Assembly (NCBI RefSeq): GCF_049554935.1
Contig: NZ_CP186926.1
Span: forward strand, 384,001-448,000
DNA from: Methanocaldococcus indicus
GTDB taxonomy: Archaea; AGJL01; Methanococci; Methanococcales; Methanocaldococcaceae
Direction of reading: 5' to 3'
Length of the DNA stretch: 64,000 nucleotides
The position numbers and the translations under genes are program-made. Under the pieces are notes generated by a model, which did no database searches, was not told the origin of the DNA, and saw nothing but the letters and a program-made list of their open reading frames with translations. Shown in pieces: positions 44,336 through 54,791 of this stretch; positions within the stretch are counted from its first letter, which is position 1, and the number at the start of each line of letters is the position of its first letter.

Positions 44336-45085
44336 CTAAAAATAAATTTTCTTTCCTGAATTAGTTCTTTTAAACTTTCCAAATTCTTTCATTAATTTTA
44401 ATTGTTCTCCACTAAAAACAGGGCCTTCTTTACATACAGTAAATTCATCTATACAACAGTGCCCACAGATTCCTATTCCACACTTCATATATCTCTCTAA
44501 ACTTGCCTGAATTGGAATATTATACTTTAAAGATATTTCAAAAACTTTCTTCATCATAACCTCTGGACCACAAGTTATAACCAAATCAAACTTTTCATTT
44601 TTTAATATATCTTCCATTTTATCTGTTGTAAAACCTTTGTATCCATAAGAGCCATCATCAGTACAAACAACTAAATTTGCATATTTTTCAAATCTATCTA
44701 AAAATAGGAGTTCTTTTTTTGTTCTTGCTCCTAAGATAACTGTTATATCTAAATCTTTATAGAACTCAACAAAGCTCATTATTGGCACAGCTCCAATACC
44801 ACCTGCAACAGCTAAGATCTTATCTCCATAAGGTTTAAAATAACTTCCATAAGGCCCTCTAACTCCAATAATATCTCCTTCTTTCAAAGAGAAAAGTTTT
44901 TCTGTGAATGGGCCAACTTTTGCAATTGTAAAACTATCTTCACTTAAAAAACTAAATGGTTTTTCATCTACTCCTGGAATCCAGAGCATTGCAAACTGTC
45001 CTGGTTTAAAGTTAAATTTTTTGTCAATAACAAATGTTTTAACTCTCTCATTCTCATCTATAATCTTTTTAATTTTGCATATCAA
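44336..45085 (-). CDS. pyrK: Dihydroorotate dehydrogenase electron transfer subunit
   Basis: KPGQF, RGPYG, AGGIG, CGPEVM, MKCGIGICGHC...VCKEGPVF. Confidence 0.93.
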   Translation of the reverse strand: MICKIKKIIDENERVKTFVIDKKFNFKPGQFAMLWIPGVDEKPFSFLSEDSFTIAKVGPFTEKLFSLKEGDIIGVRGPYGSYFKPYGDKILAVAGGIGAVPIMSFVEFYKDLDITVILGARTKKELLFLDRFEKYANLVVCTDDGSYGYKGFTTDKMEDILKNEKFDLVITCGPEVMMKKVFEISLKYNIPIQASLERYMKCGIGICGHCCIDEFTVCKEGPVFSGEQLKLMKEFGKFKRTNSGKKIYF

Positions 45086-45115
45086 AGATTTCCCTCTTGC
45101 TTTTTTATTTTTTCA

Positions 45116-45751
45116 TTACCTGTTTTGAGGATATTCTTCTATTTTCTTAATCATTGAACTGTTTATGTACCAAATAACTTTAACATTTTTTAGGAATTCT
45201 CCAACATTCTTAACATTCTTTGATACATTTTTTGTATCTATAGGAATGTTTATATTTTTACCTTCATAAACCAAATAAAATTCATCTAAATCTTTTGGAA
45301 CTTTAAAAACTAAAACTCCCTCATATTGAGAATGTTGTGGAATATTGTATATAGTTATTGCTGAGCTATCCATATAACTTTCTGGTTCATATTTTTTTCC
45401 ATTTTTATCTATGATATAAAAGTCCATATAGTTTATGAAATATTGTGTATTCAAATTATTAATAATTTTTATTTTAGTTATTATAAATTTTTCATCTAAA
45501 TTCTTTTTTAAGTATCCTGTAGGGGTATTTACACTATCTGTTGAATAGACATCTATTAATTCAAATGTTACATTACCAACTTTAGCAATTTTCCCAGTAG
45601 CATTTATTGTTATAGGGTTATTTTCAATAATATCTTTTAAACTTAAACCATTATCTCCAAAAAATCCTTGCAGATAGCTTATCACTGAAGCCCCAATAAA
45701 TATTAAAATAATCATAGATGCTGCTAAATATAACAAATCCCTCATAGCCAT
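45116..45751 (-). CDS. DUF4352-like membrane-anchored protein
   Basis: N-terminal TM; DFYIIDKNGKKYEP, EGVLVFKVP. Confidence 0.65.
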   Translation of the reverse strand: MAMRDLLYLAASMIILIFIGASVISYLQGFFGDNGLSLKDIIENNPITINATGKIAKVGNVTFELIDVYSTDSVNTPTGYLKKNLDEKFIITKIKIINNLNTQYFINYMDFYIIDKNGKKYEPESYMDSSAITIYNIPQHSQYEGVLVFKVPKDLDEFYLVYEGKNINIPIDTKNVSKNVKNVGEFLKNVKVIWYINSSMIKKIEEYPQNR

Positions 45752-45753
45752 AG

Positions 45754-46158
45754 TTATTCCCCAAAAAATAGTTTAATTTCTCTCTCAGCTGATTCTTTTG
45801 AATCTGATGCATGTATTACATTCTCAGGTAATTTTAATCCAAAATCTCCCCTTATAGTACCAGGTTCAGCTTCAGCTGGATTTGTTTTACCTATCATTTT
45901 TCTAACTACTGAAATGGCATTCTCTCCTTCAACAACCATTGCCACTACTCTCCCAGATGTTATAAAGTTAATTAAATTCTCATAGAAATCTTTTCCTTTA
46001 TGTTCCCCATAATATTTCTCAGCTAATTCTCTATCTATTTTTAGCATTTTCATCTCAACTATTTCTAAACCTTTATTTTCAAATCTTTCAATAATCTTAC
46101 CTATTAACTTTCTTCTGACAGCATCTGGTTTTAAAACAACAAAAGTCCTTTCTACCAT
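45754..46158 (-). CDS. ndk: Nucleoside diphosphate kinase
   Basis: [28 protein letters not shown]. Confidence 0.98.
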   Translation of the reverse strand: MVERTFVVLKPDAVRRKLIGKIIERFENKGLEIVEMKMLKIDRELAEKYYGEHKGKDFYENLINFITSGRVVAMVVEGENAISVVRKMIGKTNPAEAEPGTIRGDFGLKLPENVIHASDSKESAEREIKLFFGE

Positions 46159-46222
46159 AGTTATCCCAAAGATTTTTATTATGTATTGTAATAAACTATT
46201 ATCCTAACAATTAAAATATTTA

Positions 46223-47548
46223 ATGGTTTGGTGTATATTATTGAAGAATGTAGCTGTTATCTACCCTAACAAATACAAAGCTGGAATAACTTGCTTAGCT
46301 GTTCATATTTTAGCTAATCATTTATCCAAATATTATAACACAAAAGTCTTCTTTTTAGAGAATTATCAACAAATAAAGAATTTTGACACTATCTTTATAA
46401 CTTTACAGTATGAATTAGACTATTTTAATGCAATAAATATAGTAAAGTTTTTAAAAATGCAAAATCCAAATGCTAAATTTATAGCTGGTGGGCCATGTGT
46501 TATGGAAAATCCTTATCCACTAATGGACTTTTTTGATGCATTTATTGTTGGTGAGATTGAAGGAAGTAATGTAATGTATGAAGTTGTTGAAGGTAATTAT
46601 GATGTTGAAGGTGTTTTAACAAAATATAAAGATAAAGTTAAAAGAATATATCCAAAAAAATTGGGAATAGAGGACTATCCAATATATCAACCTATTCCTG
46701 AAAATTCTGCTTATGGAAAAACATTTTTATTGGAATTGGGTAGAGGATGCCCAAGAAGATGTAAATTCTGCTTAGCAAGAGCTATCTACTACCCTCCAAG
46801 AATTAGAAAATTAGATGATTTAATATATTTAGCTGAAGAAGGTATTAAAACAAATAAAGTAAATAAAGTATCTTTAATACATCCATCTGTTGGAGATTAT
46901 AAATATATTTTAGATTTAGTTGAATATTTAGTTAATAAAGGTGTTCAAGTTTCTCTATCATCAATAAGAGTAGATACTCTAACAGAGGAATTTTTAAAGC
47001 TAACTAAACCAAAAACTTTAACAATAGCTCCAGAAGCAGGAAGTGAAAAGTTAAGAGAAATAATAAAAAAAGATATCTCTGAAGAGGATATATTTAGAGG
47101 AGTTGAATTAGCTAAAAAATATAATATTAGTAAGATAAAACTCTACTATATGGTTGGGCTTCCTAATGAGGAGTGGGAAGATATTGAGGCAATTATTAAC
47201 CAAGTAAAGGAGATTAAAAGACATATAAAAATGGTTGAAGTTTCAGTAAATCCCTTTATTCCTAAACCTCATACTGACTTTGAATTAGAGAGTTTTGATT
47301 TAGAAAGTAAGAAGAAAATAAAATATATTGAGAAGGAATTAAAAAAATATGGAGTTAGAGTTGAATATGAAAATTTCAATTCTATGCTATGTCAAGCAAT
47401 TTTAGCAAGAGGAGACACTTCTTTAAGCTATTATTTAGATAGAGCAAACAACTACTCAAAATTTTTAAGTTTAATTAAAAAAGATAATTTATTAGAAAAA
47501 TATTTAAATCCAAAGGAGTTAGTATGGAAGAACATAATATTAAAATGA
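46223..47548 (+). CDS. Radical SAM protein with B12-binding-like N-terminal domain
   Basis: AGGPC, ELGRGCPRRCKFC, TIAPEAGS, YMVGLP, FIPKPHT. Confidence 0.88.
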   Translation: MVWCILLKNVAVIYPNKYKAGITCLAVHILANHLSKYYNTKVFFLENYQQIKNFDTIFITLQYELDYFNAINIVKFLKMQNPNAKFIAGGPCVMENPYPLMDFFDAFIVGEIEGSNVMYEVVEGNYDVEGVLTKYKDKVKRIYPKKLGIEDYPIYQPIPENSAYGKTFLLELGRGCPRRCKFCLARAIYYPPRIRKLDDLIYLAEEGIKTNKVNKVSLIHPSVGDYKYILDLVEYLVNKGVQVSLSSIRVDTLTEEFLKLTKPKTLTIAPEAGSEKLREIIKKDISEEDIFRGVELAKKYNISKIKLYYMVGLPNEEWEDIEAIINQVKEIKRHIKMVEVSVNPFIPKPHTDFELESFDLESKKKIKYIEKELKKYGVRVEYENFNSMLCQAILARGDTSLSYYLDRANNYSKFLSLIKKDNLLEKYLNPKELVWKNIILK

Positions 47549-48177
47549 AACATTTAAAGATGATTATAGACAAAATTCCTAAACATCCAAATCCAAAAGC
47601 TTTTTTAGAGCAATATACAATTGATGGAGAACTTGCTTCAAACATTTTATACTTTGCAAGAAATGATTTTAAAGATAATGTTGTTATTGACTTAGGTTGT
47701 GGAACTGGAAGATTAGGAATTGGAGCAAAAATCTTAGGAGCTAAGAGAGTTTTAGGATTTGATATAGATAAAGAGTGTGTAGATTTAGCTAAAAAAGTTG
47801 TTAGAGAGTTAGATTTAGATAATATTGAATTTTATTGTAAGGACATTAGAGAAATTGATAGAGAATATATAAATAACTTGTTAGGAGAAGATAAAAATTT
47901 AAAAAAAGTAGTTATCCAAAATCCACCATTTGGAGCTCAAAAAAGAAATGCTGATAGAATATTTTTAGATAAAGCTTTGGAGATTGGAGATGTTATCTAC
48001 ACTATCCATAACTATCCTACAAAAGATTTTGTTAAGAGATATATTGAGGAGAAAGGGGGAAATGTAACACATATAGCAGAAGCAAAATTTAGAATTCCTG
48101 CTATTTATGAATTCCACAAAAAGAAGGTTTTAGATATCCCAGTAGTTATTTTCAGAGTTGAGAAAAAATTTTTATAG
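47545..48177 (+). CDS. METTL5-family SAM-dependent RNA methyltransferase
   Basis: PKAFLEQY, DLGCGTG, QNPPFGAQ, FHKKK. Confidence 0.9.
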   Translation: MKHLKMIIDKIPKHPNPKAFLEQYTIDGELASNILYFARNDFKDNVVIDLGCGTGRLGIGAKILGAKRVLGFDIDKECVDLAKKVVRELDLDNIEFYCKDIREIDREYINNLLGEDKNLKKVVIQNPPFGAQKRNADRIFLDKALEIGDVIYTIHNYPTKDFVKRYIEEKGGNVTHIAEAKFRIPAIYEFHKKKVLDIPVVIFRVEKKFL

Positions 48178-48228
48178 TTTTAATAGAATTATTACCAAAA
48201 ATAAAAAACATAAATTGGTGAGAAAAAG

Positions 48229-48660
48229 ATGTTTATATGCCTACATAACACATATTCAGCTAAGCAAGTTGAAGAATTTGGAAGGATAGCTTTTGGTTTT
48301 GATGTTAATACAGTTATAATAACAAAAGCAACTGCATCAGCTGCTCAGAGTGGTGTTCCAACATTACAAAAGATGGCATACAAATTAGGAAAAAATATGC
48401 TATTTTTTGAGGATTTAGATGATGCTATTGAACTTTTAAGGCCTGAAAAAATTTACTTAATAGGAAATAAAAATATTTGTGATGAAAAATTAAACTTTGA
48501 AGAAGTTGGAAAAAATGATTTAGTTGTATTTTGTGGAGCAAATACTGGATTTACTAAATTAGAATTAGAGAAAGGTTTAGGGAGATATATAGTGGAGAAT
48601 GAAATTGGAGCCTTAGGAAATTTAGCTATATTTTTATATGAAATAAATAAACTAAGATAG
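48229..48660 (+). CDS. DUF2122 (COG4080) SPOUT-like protein
   Basis: LHNTYSAKQVEEF, SAAQSGVP, GFTKLEL. Confidence 0.7.
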   Translation: MFICLHNTYSAKQVEEFGRIAFGFDVNTVIITKATASAAQSGVPTLQKMAYKLGKNMLFFEDLDDAIELLRPEKIYLIGNKNICDEKLNFEEVGKNDLVVFCGANTGFTKLELEKGLGRYIVENEIGALGNLAIFLYEINKLR

Positions 48661-48663
48661 ATT

Positions 48664-50022
48664 ATGAAAGAATTAATTAAAGCTAAAAATTTATTTTTAA
48701 ATGCTGAAAATGTATTGATAGTTACACATATTGATACTGATGGTCTAACATCAAGAGCTATCTTACAAAAGGTAGTTGAAAGAACAAATAAAGAAGCTGA
48801 ATTTTTATTTTTAAAACAAATTAATGAGAAGTCTATAAATTATGTTGAGAAAGATTATGACTTAATAATTTTTGCTGACTTTGGTTCAGGGCAACTATCT
48901 CTCTTGGAAGAATATTTTAAAGATTATAATGGAAAAATTATTATTTTAGACCATCATCAGCCAGAAAAAGAAAACATTAAACTTAAAAATATTGTCCATG
49001 TAAATCCAATAATGTATAATTTAGAGACATGTGGAGCAGGAGTTTGCTACTTATTTGCAAAATCTATTAATAATAATTGGATTGATTTGGCTAAATATGC
49101 TGTTTTAGGAGCTATTGGAGATGTGCAAAATCTCTATGGAAAGTTAGAAGGTTTGAATAGAAAGATACTAAATGATGCTGTATTTTCAGGGGAATTGGCT
49201 GTTAAGAATGACCTACAACTTTATGGTAGATGCAGCAGACCTCTTTTTGTCTCTTTAAGATATTGGAGTGATGTAAGAACAGATTTATTGAACAATGATT
49301 CAAATATTATCTCATTCATAAATAGAATAAACAAAAAATATAACATAGATATTAATCCAGCAGAGAAACTTAACAATATTCCTTATTCTCACAAAAAGAT
49401 TATTGGTAATGAACTTTTAATAAAGAGTTTGGAATATATTCCAACAGAATGGATAAAATATTTGCCTTATGTTATATTTGGAGAAGCTTATGAAGTTGTT
49501 AATGAGGAAGAAGATATATTAAGAGATTTATCTGAATTATCTACTTGTATAAATGCCTGCACAAGATACAAAGATTATAGGACTGCTTTGGATATCTTAA
49601 TTGGTAGTAGAAAAAGGTTAAGTAAGTTAAAATCAAATTTAAGAGAGCATAGAAAAAATTTAAGATATGCATTAGAACATATAGCAACAGAAGTAGATAT
49701 TATAAAAGAGAAAAACTTCCAATATTTCAAAACTGATAAAATAGATGAGAGTATAATTGGAATTGTTGCTGGAATGAGCTATTCAATTGAAGATATTGAC
49801 TGGAAAAAACCAATAATTGGAATAGTTGAAAATGATTATGGTTATAAAGTTTCTGCAAGATGTCCGAGATTGTTATGCTTTGCAGAAGATGTAAATTTAG
49901 CTGAAGCTTTAAGATATTCATCTAAAAAAGCTTATGGTTCTGGAGGAGGACATAAGTTTGCAGCAGGAGCATATGTTAAAGATATATCAGCATTTATAAA
50001 TTCTTTAAAAATTAGCTTATAA
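48664..50022 (+). CDS. RecJ-like DHH/DHHA1 phosphoesterase
   Basis: [31 protein letters not shown]. Confidence 0.92.
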   Translation: MKELIKAKNLFLNAENVLIVTHIDTDGLTSRAILQKVVERTNKEAEFLFLKQINEKSINYVEKDYDLIIFADFGSGQLSLLEEYFKDYNGKIIILDHHQPEKENIKLKNIVHVNPIMYNLETCGAGVCYLFAKSINNNWIDLAKYAVLGAIGDVQNLYGKLEGLNRKILNDAVFSGELAVKNDLQLYGRCSRPLFVSLRYWSDVRTDLLNNDSNIISFINRINKKYNIDINPAEKLNNIPYSHKKIIGNELLIKSLEYIPTEWIKYLPYVIFGEAYEVVNEEEDILRDLSELSTCINACTRYKDYRTALDILIGSRKRLSKLKSNLREHRKNLRYALEHIATEVDIIKEKNFQYFKTDKIDESIIGIVAGMSYSIEDIDWKKPIIGIVENDYGYKVSARCPRLLCFAEDVNLAEALRYSSKKAYGSGGGHKFAAGAYVKDISAFINSLKISL

Positions 50023-50069
50023 ATATTATTTAAGAAAATTTAATTTTAATGTTATTTAAGGTGTTATTA

Positions 50070-51134
50070 ATGGAAGCTGTTTTAGTATTGGAAGATGGAA
50101 CTGTTCTAAAAGGAAAAGGTTTTGGTGTAGAAAAAGAGGTTTATGGTGAGTTAGTTTTTACAACAGTTATGACTGGATATGTAGAAGTTTTAACAGACCC
50201 TTCATATAAGGGACAAATTGTTACAATGACTTATCCTCTTATTGGAAATTATGGAGTATCAGAAGAATGGTTTGAATCTGATGGAATAAAAACAGAAGGA
50301 TATGTAATTAGAGAGCTAACAGGAATTGAATTAGACAATTTTTTAAAGAAATATGACATCCCAGGAATTGAAGGAATTGATACAAGATTTATAACAAAAA
50401 AAATAAGGACTGGTGGAGTAGTTAAGTGTTGCTTAAAAACAGCTGAAAAAATTAATGATGAAGAGATAGAAGAAATAAAAGATAAAGTAAAGAAACATAA
50501 AGATATATCTGAGATTGATTTAGTTCCACAGGTTTCTATAAAAGAGAAATTTATTCATAAAGTACAAAATCCAAAAGCAAGGTGTGTATTAATAGACTGT
50601 GGAGTTAAAAAAGGAATTATTCTAAATTTATTAAAAAGAGGATGTGAAGTTGTTCAAGTTCCATACAATACTGAATATGAAAAAATTTTATCTTATAATC
50701 CTGATTTTGTCTTAATATCTAATGGTCCAGGAGACCCAGAAAGGTTAAAAGATACTATAAAAACAATTAAAAATTTAATTGGAGAGGTTCCTTTAACTGG
50801 AATATGTTTAGGACATCAATTAATATCCTTAGCTTTTGGTGGAAAAACTTACAAAATGAAATTTGGGCATAGAGGAGGTAATCAGCCAGTTAAAAATTTA
50901 GAAACAGAAAAAGTTTATATAACATCCCAAAATCATGGATTTGCTGTTGATGTTAATAGCTTATCTGATGAAATAAAACCATTATACATAAATCTAAATG
51001 ATAACACAGTTGAAGGAATTAAACATGTTGAACTTCCAATATTCTCTGTCCAATTCCACCCAGAAGCAAGACCTGGACCACATGATACACAGTTTTTATT
51101 TGATGAGATGATAGCTCTAAAAAATATAAAATAA
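50070..51134 (+). CDS. carA: Carbamoyl-phosphate synthase small subunit
   Basis: [40 protein letters not shown]. Confidence 0.97.
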   Translation: MEAVLVLEDGTVLKGKGFGVEKEVYGELVFTTVMTGYVEVLTDPSYKGQIVTMTYPLIGNYGVSEEWFESDGIKTEGYVIRELTGIELDNFLKKYDIPGIEGIDTRFITKKIRTGGVVKCCLKTAEKINDEEIEEIKDKVKKHKDISEIDLVPQVSIKEKFIHKVQNPKARCVLIDCGVKKGIILNLLKRGCEVVQVPYNTEYEKILSYNPDFVLISNGPGDPERLKDTIKTIKNLIGEVPLTGICLGHQLISLAFGGKTYKMKFGHRGGNQPVKNLETEKVYITSQNHGFAVDVNSLSDEIKPLYINLNDNTVEGIKHVELPIFSVQFHPEARPGPHDTQFLFDEMIALKNIK

Positions 51135-51229
51135 TAAATAAATATTGACAAATAATTAAATATATAAAATAATATTCCATAAACTATATATAAACCTTTA
51201 TTTTATTATTATTATTGCTCTTTTGATGT

Positions 51230-51318
51230 GCAGGGGTAGCCAAGCCCGGCTAAGGCGCTGGACTTGAGATCCAGTGGGGCTCCGCCCCGCCTGGGTTCAA
51301 ATCCCAGCCCCTGCGCCA
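51230..51318 (+). tRNA. tRNA-Ser(TGA)
   Basis: GCAGGGG...CTGGA-CTTGAGA-TCCAG, long variable arm, GGTTCAAATCC, discriminator G, CCA encoded. Confidence 0.94.
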
Positions 51319-51461
51319 TATTTTTTATGGGCTTTTTTTAATTTCTAATTTCTATTAATCATAATAGTATAGTATATTTTTATTTTCTAATCTAAATCTA
51401 ACATATTATTTATGCTATAAAATCTTTTTAATTAAAAATTAAATATTTTGGTGAAAAATTT

Positions 51462-52496
51462 ATGAAAGAAAATCCTTTTAAAAAAATTCCTACAATTTTA
51501 CTTCCTGATGAATTAATGGATAAAGCATTAAGAAGAGGAGAGAAAGTAGCAGAAGAGATGAGAAAGAAAGAATTACCTTGGCTAATGAAGGCTAAGGTTG
51601 TAGAAGAGCATAAAGTAAGGACTATATCCTCTGTATTGGCTGATAATTTACAAAAAATAATTGATAAAACACCTCCTGTAAGAAAGTTACCAAAGTTCTA
51701 TCAGGAGATGGTTGAGGTTTTGGTAGGAATTGATGAATTTAAAAAATGTATGGGTGCTTTTAAGTGGGCATCAGATTTAATAAGAAAGCTTGGAAATGAA
51801 TATGCAAAGAAAATTAGAAGAGCTAAAACACCAGAAGAAGCTGCTAAATTAAGAAAAGAATTTGTAGGTAGAGCTAAATCAATACTAAAAAGAATAGAGC
51901 CAGAAATGGGATTTATAGCAGTTGCAAGAGAAAAATTAAAAGATTTACCTACTTTTAGAGATACATTTACTGTTGTTTTAGCAGGTTATCCAAATGTTGG
52001 TAAATCTACAATTTTAAAAAAATTAACTGGCGCAGATGTAGAAATAAATAGTTATCCCTTCACAACTAAGGGAATAAATGTTGGACATCTTGAAGATATA
52101 CAAATAATTGACACACCAGGATTGTTAGATAGACCTCTATATGAAAGGAATGATATAGAACTTCAAGCAATATTAGCATTGAATTATTTGGCCAATTTGA
52201 TATTATTTGTTATAGATATTTCTGAATACTGTGGATATACATTAGAAGAGCAATTAAACTTATTAAAAGAGATAAAAAACCTCTTTAACATTCCAATTAT
52301 GGTTGTTATTAATAAAGTTGATTTAGTAGATGAGAATAAAATAAATGAGATTAAAGAAAAATTAAGAGAGTTAGGAATAGAGGATATTTTAGAGATATCA
52401 GCAGATAAAGAAATTAATTTAGATGAATTAAAAAAATTATTAAAAGAGAAATTTAAACAAAACCTTAGAAACAAATTAGAAAGTAATAATTTATAA
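51462..52496 (+). CDS. NOG1 family GTP-binding protein
   Basis: GYPNVGKS, YPFTTK, DTPGLLDR, NKVD. Confidence 0.93.
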   Translation: MKENPFKKIPTILLPDELMDKALRRGEKVAEEMRKKELPWLMKAKVVEEHKVRTISSVLADNLQKIIDKTPPVRKLPKFYQEMVEVLVGIDEFKKCMGAFKWASDLIRKLGNEYAKKIRRAKTPEEAAKLRKEFVGRAKSILKRIEPEMGFIAVAREKLKDLPTFRDTFTVVLAGYPNVGKSTILKKLTGADVEINSYPFTTKGINVGHLEDIQIIDTPGLLDRPLYERNDIELQAILALNYLANLILFVIDISEYCGYTLEEQLNLLKEIKNLFNIPIMVVINKVDLVDENKINEIKEKLRELGIEDILEISADKEINLDELKKLLKEKFKQNLRNKLESNNL

Positions 52497-52727
52497 TAAA
52501 GCCTTAACCATAGGGTCTGTTACTTCTTCTGGAGAAATCTCTTTTATACTTTTTATTATTATTCTTGTTCTTTTAACTTTATACAATCCTCCAAATTTTG
52601 AGTATATCTCTTCTAAAGCATCTTTTTCATTTAAAGCTCTTAATTCTTTTTTAAATACTAATGGCTGTTTTCCTTTTTTTCTAACTTCTCCCTCAACTCT
52701 AAATATTTTAACTTCCAAGTTTTTCAC
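52491..52727 (-). CDS. rpl18a: 50S ribosomal protein L18Ae (LX/eL20)
   Basis: KIFRVEG...FKKELRA...EEIYSKFG...KRTRI. Confidence 0.88.
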   Translation of the reverse strand: MKNLEVKIFRVEGEVRKKGKQPLVFKKELRALNEKDALEEIYSKFGGLYKVKRTRIIIKSIKEISPEEVTDPMVKALL

Positions 52728-52966
52728 CTCTTTACAATTTTATATATGTTTTGAGCAACAGATATCCACCTTAGATAGGAGTATAAAGAAGCTTTTAATA
52801 TTGAAAGTTCTTCTGCTTCAACATAAATTTTAATCTTGTTTTTATATTTTTCCATCTTTGCCCTTGATTTTATTTGACTATCTATATGCTCTATAAATAT
52901 TGATTTATATATTATTTCTGCTTCTTCTTCACTATCAAACTCTAAATTTAAAATAGAAGAGTTCAT
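52724..52966 (-). CDS. pcc1: KEOPS complex subunit Pcc1
   Basis: EEAEIIYKSI...LKASLYSYLRW; position in the conserved rpl37ae-rpoP-Brix-Pcc1 operon. Confidence 0.85.
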   Translation of the reverse strand: MNSSILNLEFDSEEEAEIIYKSIFIEHIDSQIKSRAKMEKYKNKIKIYVEAEELSILKASLYSYLRWISVAQNIYKIVKR

Positions 52967-52967
52967 T

Positions 52968-53459
52968 TTAATCCCAAACACTATCAAAGAGCTTAACTGA
53001 CTTAACTCTAATTAATGGCCCTATTTTAACTCTATTTTTATAGAACTGTATAGCAAATAAATATTTACTATCTTTCTCAACAGATAAAGTAAAGTTACTT
53101 TCATTATTTATATTGAAATGATTAAAGAAAAACTCTTCATAAAGATGGAGGTATTCATTATTATAATTAATCTTTATTTTAATTCCATTATTGTTCTCTA
53201 CTTTTCCTCCACATATCTCTCTTTGTAGTTTAACAGTTATGAATGAAGATAATTTTTTATCTTTTTCTAAATTATAAAAAACTAAACTTCCAGGATTTCC
53301 TCTAAACTCTCCAATTAATAAAATATTATTATCTATCTCAAATAATTCTTTTAATGATAATTTTCCTCTTTGGACATAAGGAATATTTAATACTCTTTCT
53401 AAATCTCTTGCAAAGCTTCTTGTTCTCTGGGAGGGTTTCCTTGATGTTGTTATAATCAT
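52968..53459 (-). CDS. Brix-domain ribosome biogenesis protein
   Basis: [24 protein letters not shown]. Confidence 0.88.
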   Translation of the reverse strand: MIITTSRKPSQRTRSFARDLERVLNIPYVQRGKLSLKELFEIDNNILLIGEFRGNPGSLVFYNLEKDKKLSSFITVKLQREICGGKVENNNGIKIKINYNNEYLHLYEEFFFNHFNINNESNFTLSVEKDSKYLFAIQFYKNRVKIGPLIRVKSVKLFDSVWD

Positions 53460-53461
53460 AA

Positions 53462-53602
53462 TTATCTTGCCTTAACTACTTTAACTACTTTAGGTCTTAA
53501 TTTAACTAATATTTTATTACTACAATAAGGACATCTAACTCTACTTCCTAATTCTTCTAATTTTATGACTCTTTTACACTTTAGACATTTATACTCTACC
53601 AT
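53462..53602 (-). CDS. rpoP: RNA polymerase subunit P (Rpo12), not in ORF track
   Basis: Manual translation [46 protein letters not shown]. Confidence 0.93.
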   Translation of the reverse strand: MVEYKCLKCKRVIKLEELGSRVRCPYCSNKILVKLRPKVVKVVKAR

Positions 53603-53670
53603 ATTTAAATCCCCAAATATGAATTAAATTATCATAAAAAATATTTATAATAAATATATAAATGAATATT

Positions 53671-53949
53671 TTATTCTTCTTTCTCTAAGACTCTTCTAAT
53701 AGCTTTCATAACTGCTTTTCCTGCACCTGTTTCTGGTGTATATGCTCCACCAGCTATTTTAGCTCCACATTTTCCACAAACCCATATAGAAGTTGAAGCT
53801 CTTTTTAATTTTGGAAATCCACATACTGGACATTTGTATTTTTGTTTTGCTTTAACTTCTACATCTCTAACTCTTGCTCTAATTTTTAACCCATATCTTG
53901 CTCCAAATCTTCCAGCAGGTCCTACTTTTTTAGTGTGACTAAATGCCAT
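53671..53949 (-). CDS. rpl37ae: 50S ribosomal protein L37Ae
   Basis: [12 protein letters not shown]...WVCGKC, GGAY. Confidence 0.97.
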   Translation of the reverse strand: MAFSHTKKVGPAGRFGARYGLKIRARVRDVEVKAKQKYKCPVCGFPKLKRASTSIWVCGKCGAKIAGGAYTPETGAGKAVMKAIRRVLEKEE

Positions 53950-53955
53950 TTACTC

Positions 53956-54663
53956 TCACCCATCATATTTTTTTACTACTTTTGTTATTGCATTACCTTC
54001 TGTAATTTTGTTTAGTTCATTGTAGAACTCTGATTCTATACCACTTGGTATTTCAATAAGAACTATTAAACTACCGTCAGAACACCATTCCTCTTGTTTA
54101 ACTGCTCCAAATTTATATAAAAATCCATAAGCTTTTGAAGCATATTCTGGAGGAACTTTAACAGCAATATCTCTTTTTTCAAATTTAATAGGAAGAAGTC
54201 TTTTTAATTTTTTAACTATATCAGGAACTTGTTCTTCAGCAGATTTGTAAATGTCAATATTAATCCTTAACTCCTCCATAGCCCTCTCAATCCTTTGAGG
54301 AGGATGGGGAGTATCTGTTTGTGGATTAATAGTATTTCTACAAATAATATTTATTATTTGTCTTTTTTTCTGCTCTTTAATTTCTTCTCTTTGTTTAGCA
54401 GTTAATTGAACAGTTCCTTTTTTTATAATAATTTTAGCTATTTCTTTTATATCAGTAGTCCCAAATACTTTTTTAACAAGTTCTTCAGGAGCCTTTTCTC
54501 CTTTATGAGCATCTCTATATACTACATCAATAGCTAAAAGTTCATCCATATCTACATCTATTCCTTCTTTAAGCTTAGCAGCTAAATATGGATCTACTAA
54601 AATTTCAAACTTCTCTCCATGAGATGTATATCTTGCAATAACTGCCTCATCTAACGAGACCAT
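53956..54663 (-). CDS. Ribosome assembly factor SBDS/SDO1
   Basis: [24 protein letters not shown]. Confidence 0.95.
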   Translation of the reverse strand: MVSLDEAVIARYTSHGEKFEILVDPYLAAKLKEGIDVDMDELLAIDVVYRDAHKGEKAPEELVKKVFGTTDIKEIAKIIIKKGTVQLTAKQREEIKEQKKRQIINIICRNTINPQTDTPHPPQRIERAMEELRINIDIYKSAEEQVPDIVKKLKRLLPIKFEKRDIAVKVPPEYASKAYGFLYKFGAVKQEEWCSDGSLIVLIEIPSGIESEFYNELNKITEGNAITKVVKKYDG

Positions 54664-54791
54664 AATATATCACCATAAATTATATAAAATTTTTGTTTAT
54701 CAAAAATAGTCTTAAAACATAAAAAAACAATACATTTATAATTATTATTAATTTTAAGGAGTTATAAATAAATTATGTTAAGTGTGTAATT

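Noticed and set aside
51230-51318. Reading this tRNA as Leu(GAG) or Sec
   Set aside because: The 7-nt loop CTTGAGA centres on TGA; G discriminator and 7-bp acceptor stem fit Ser; Sec would need anticodon TCA
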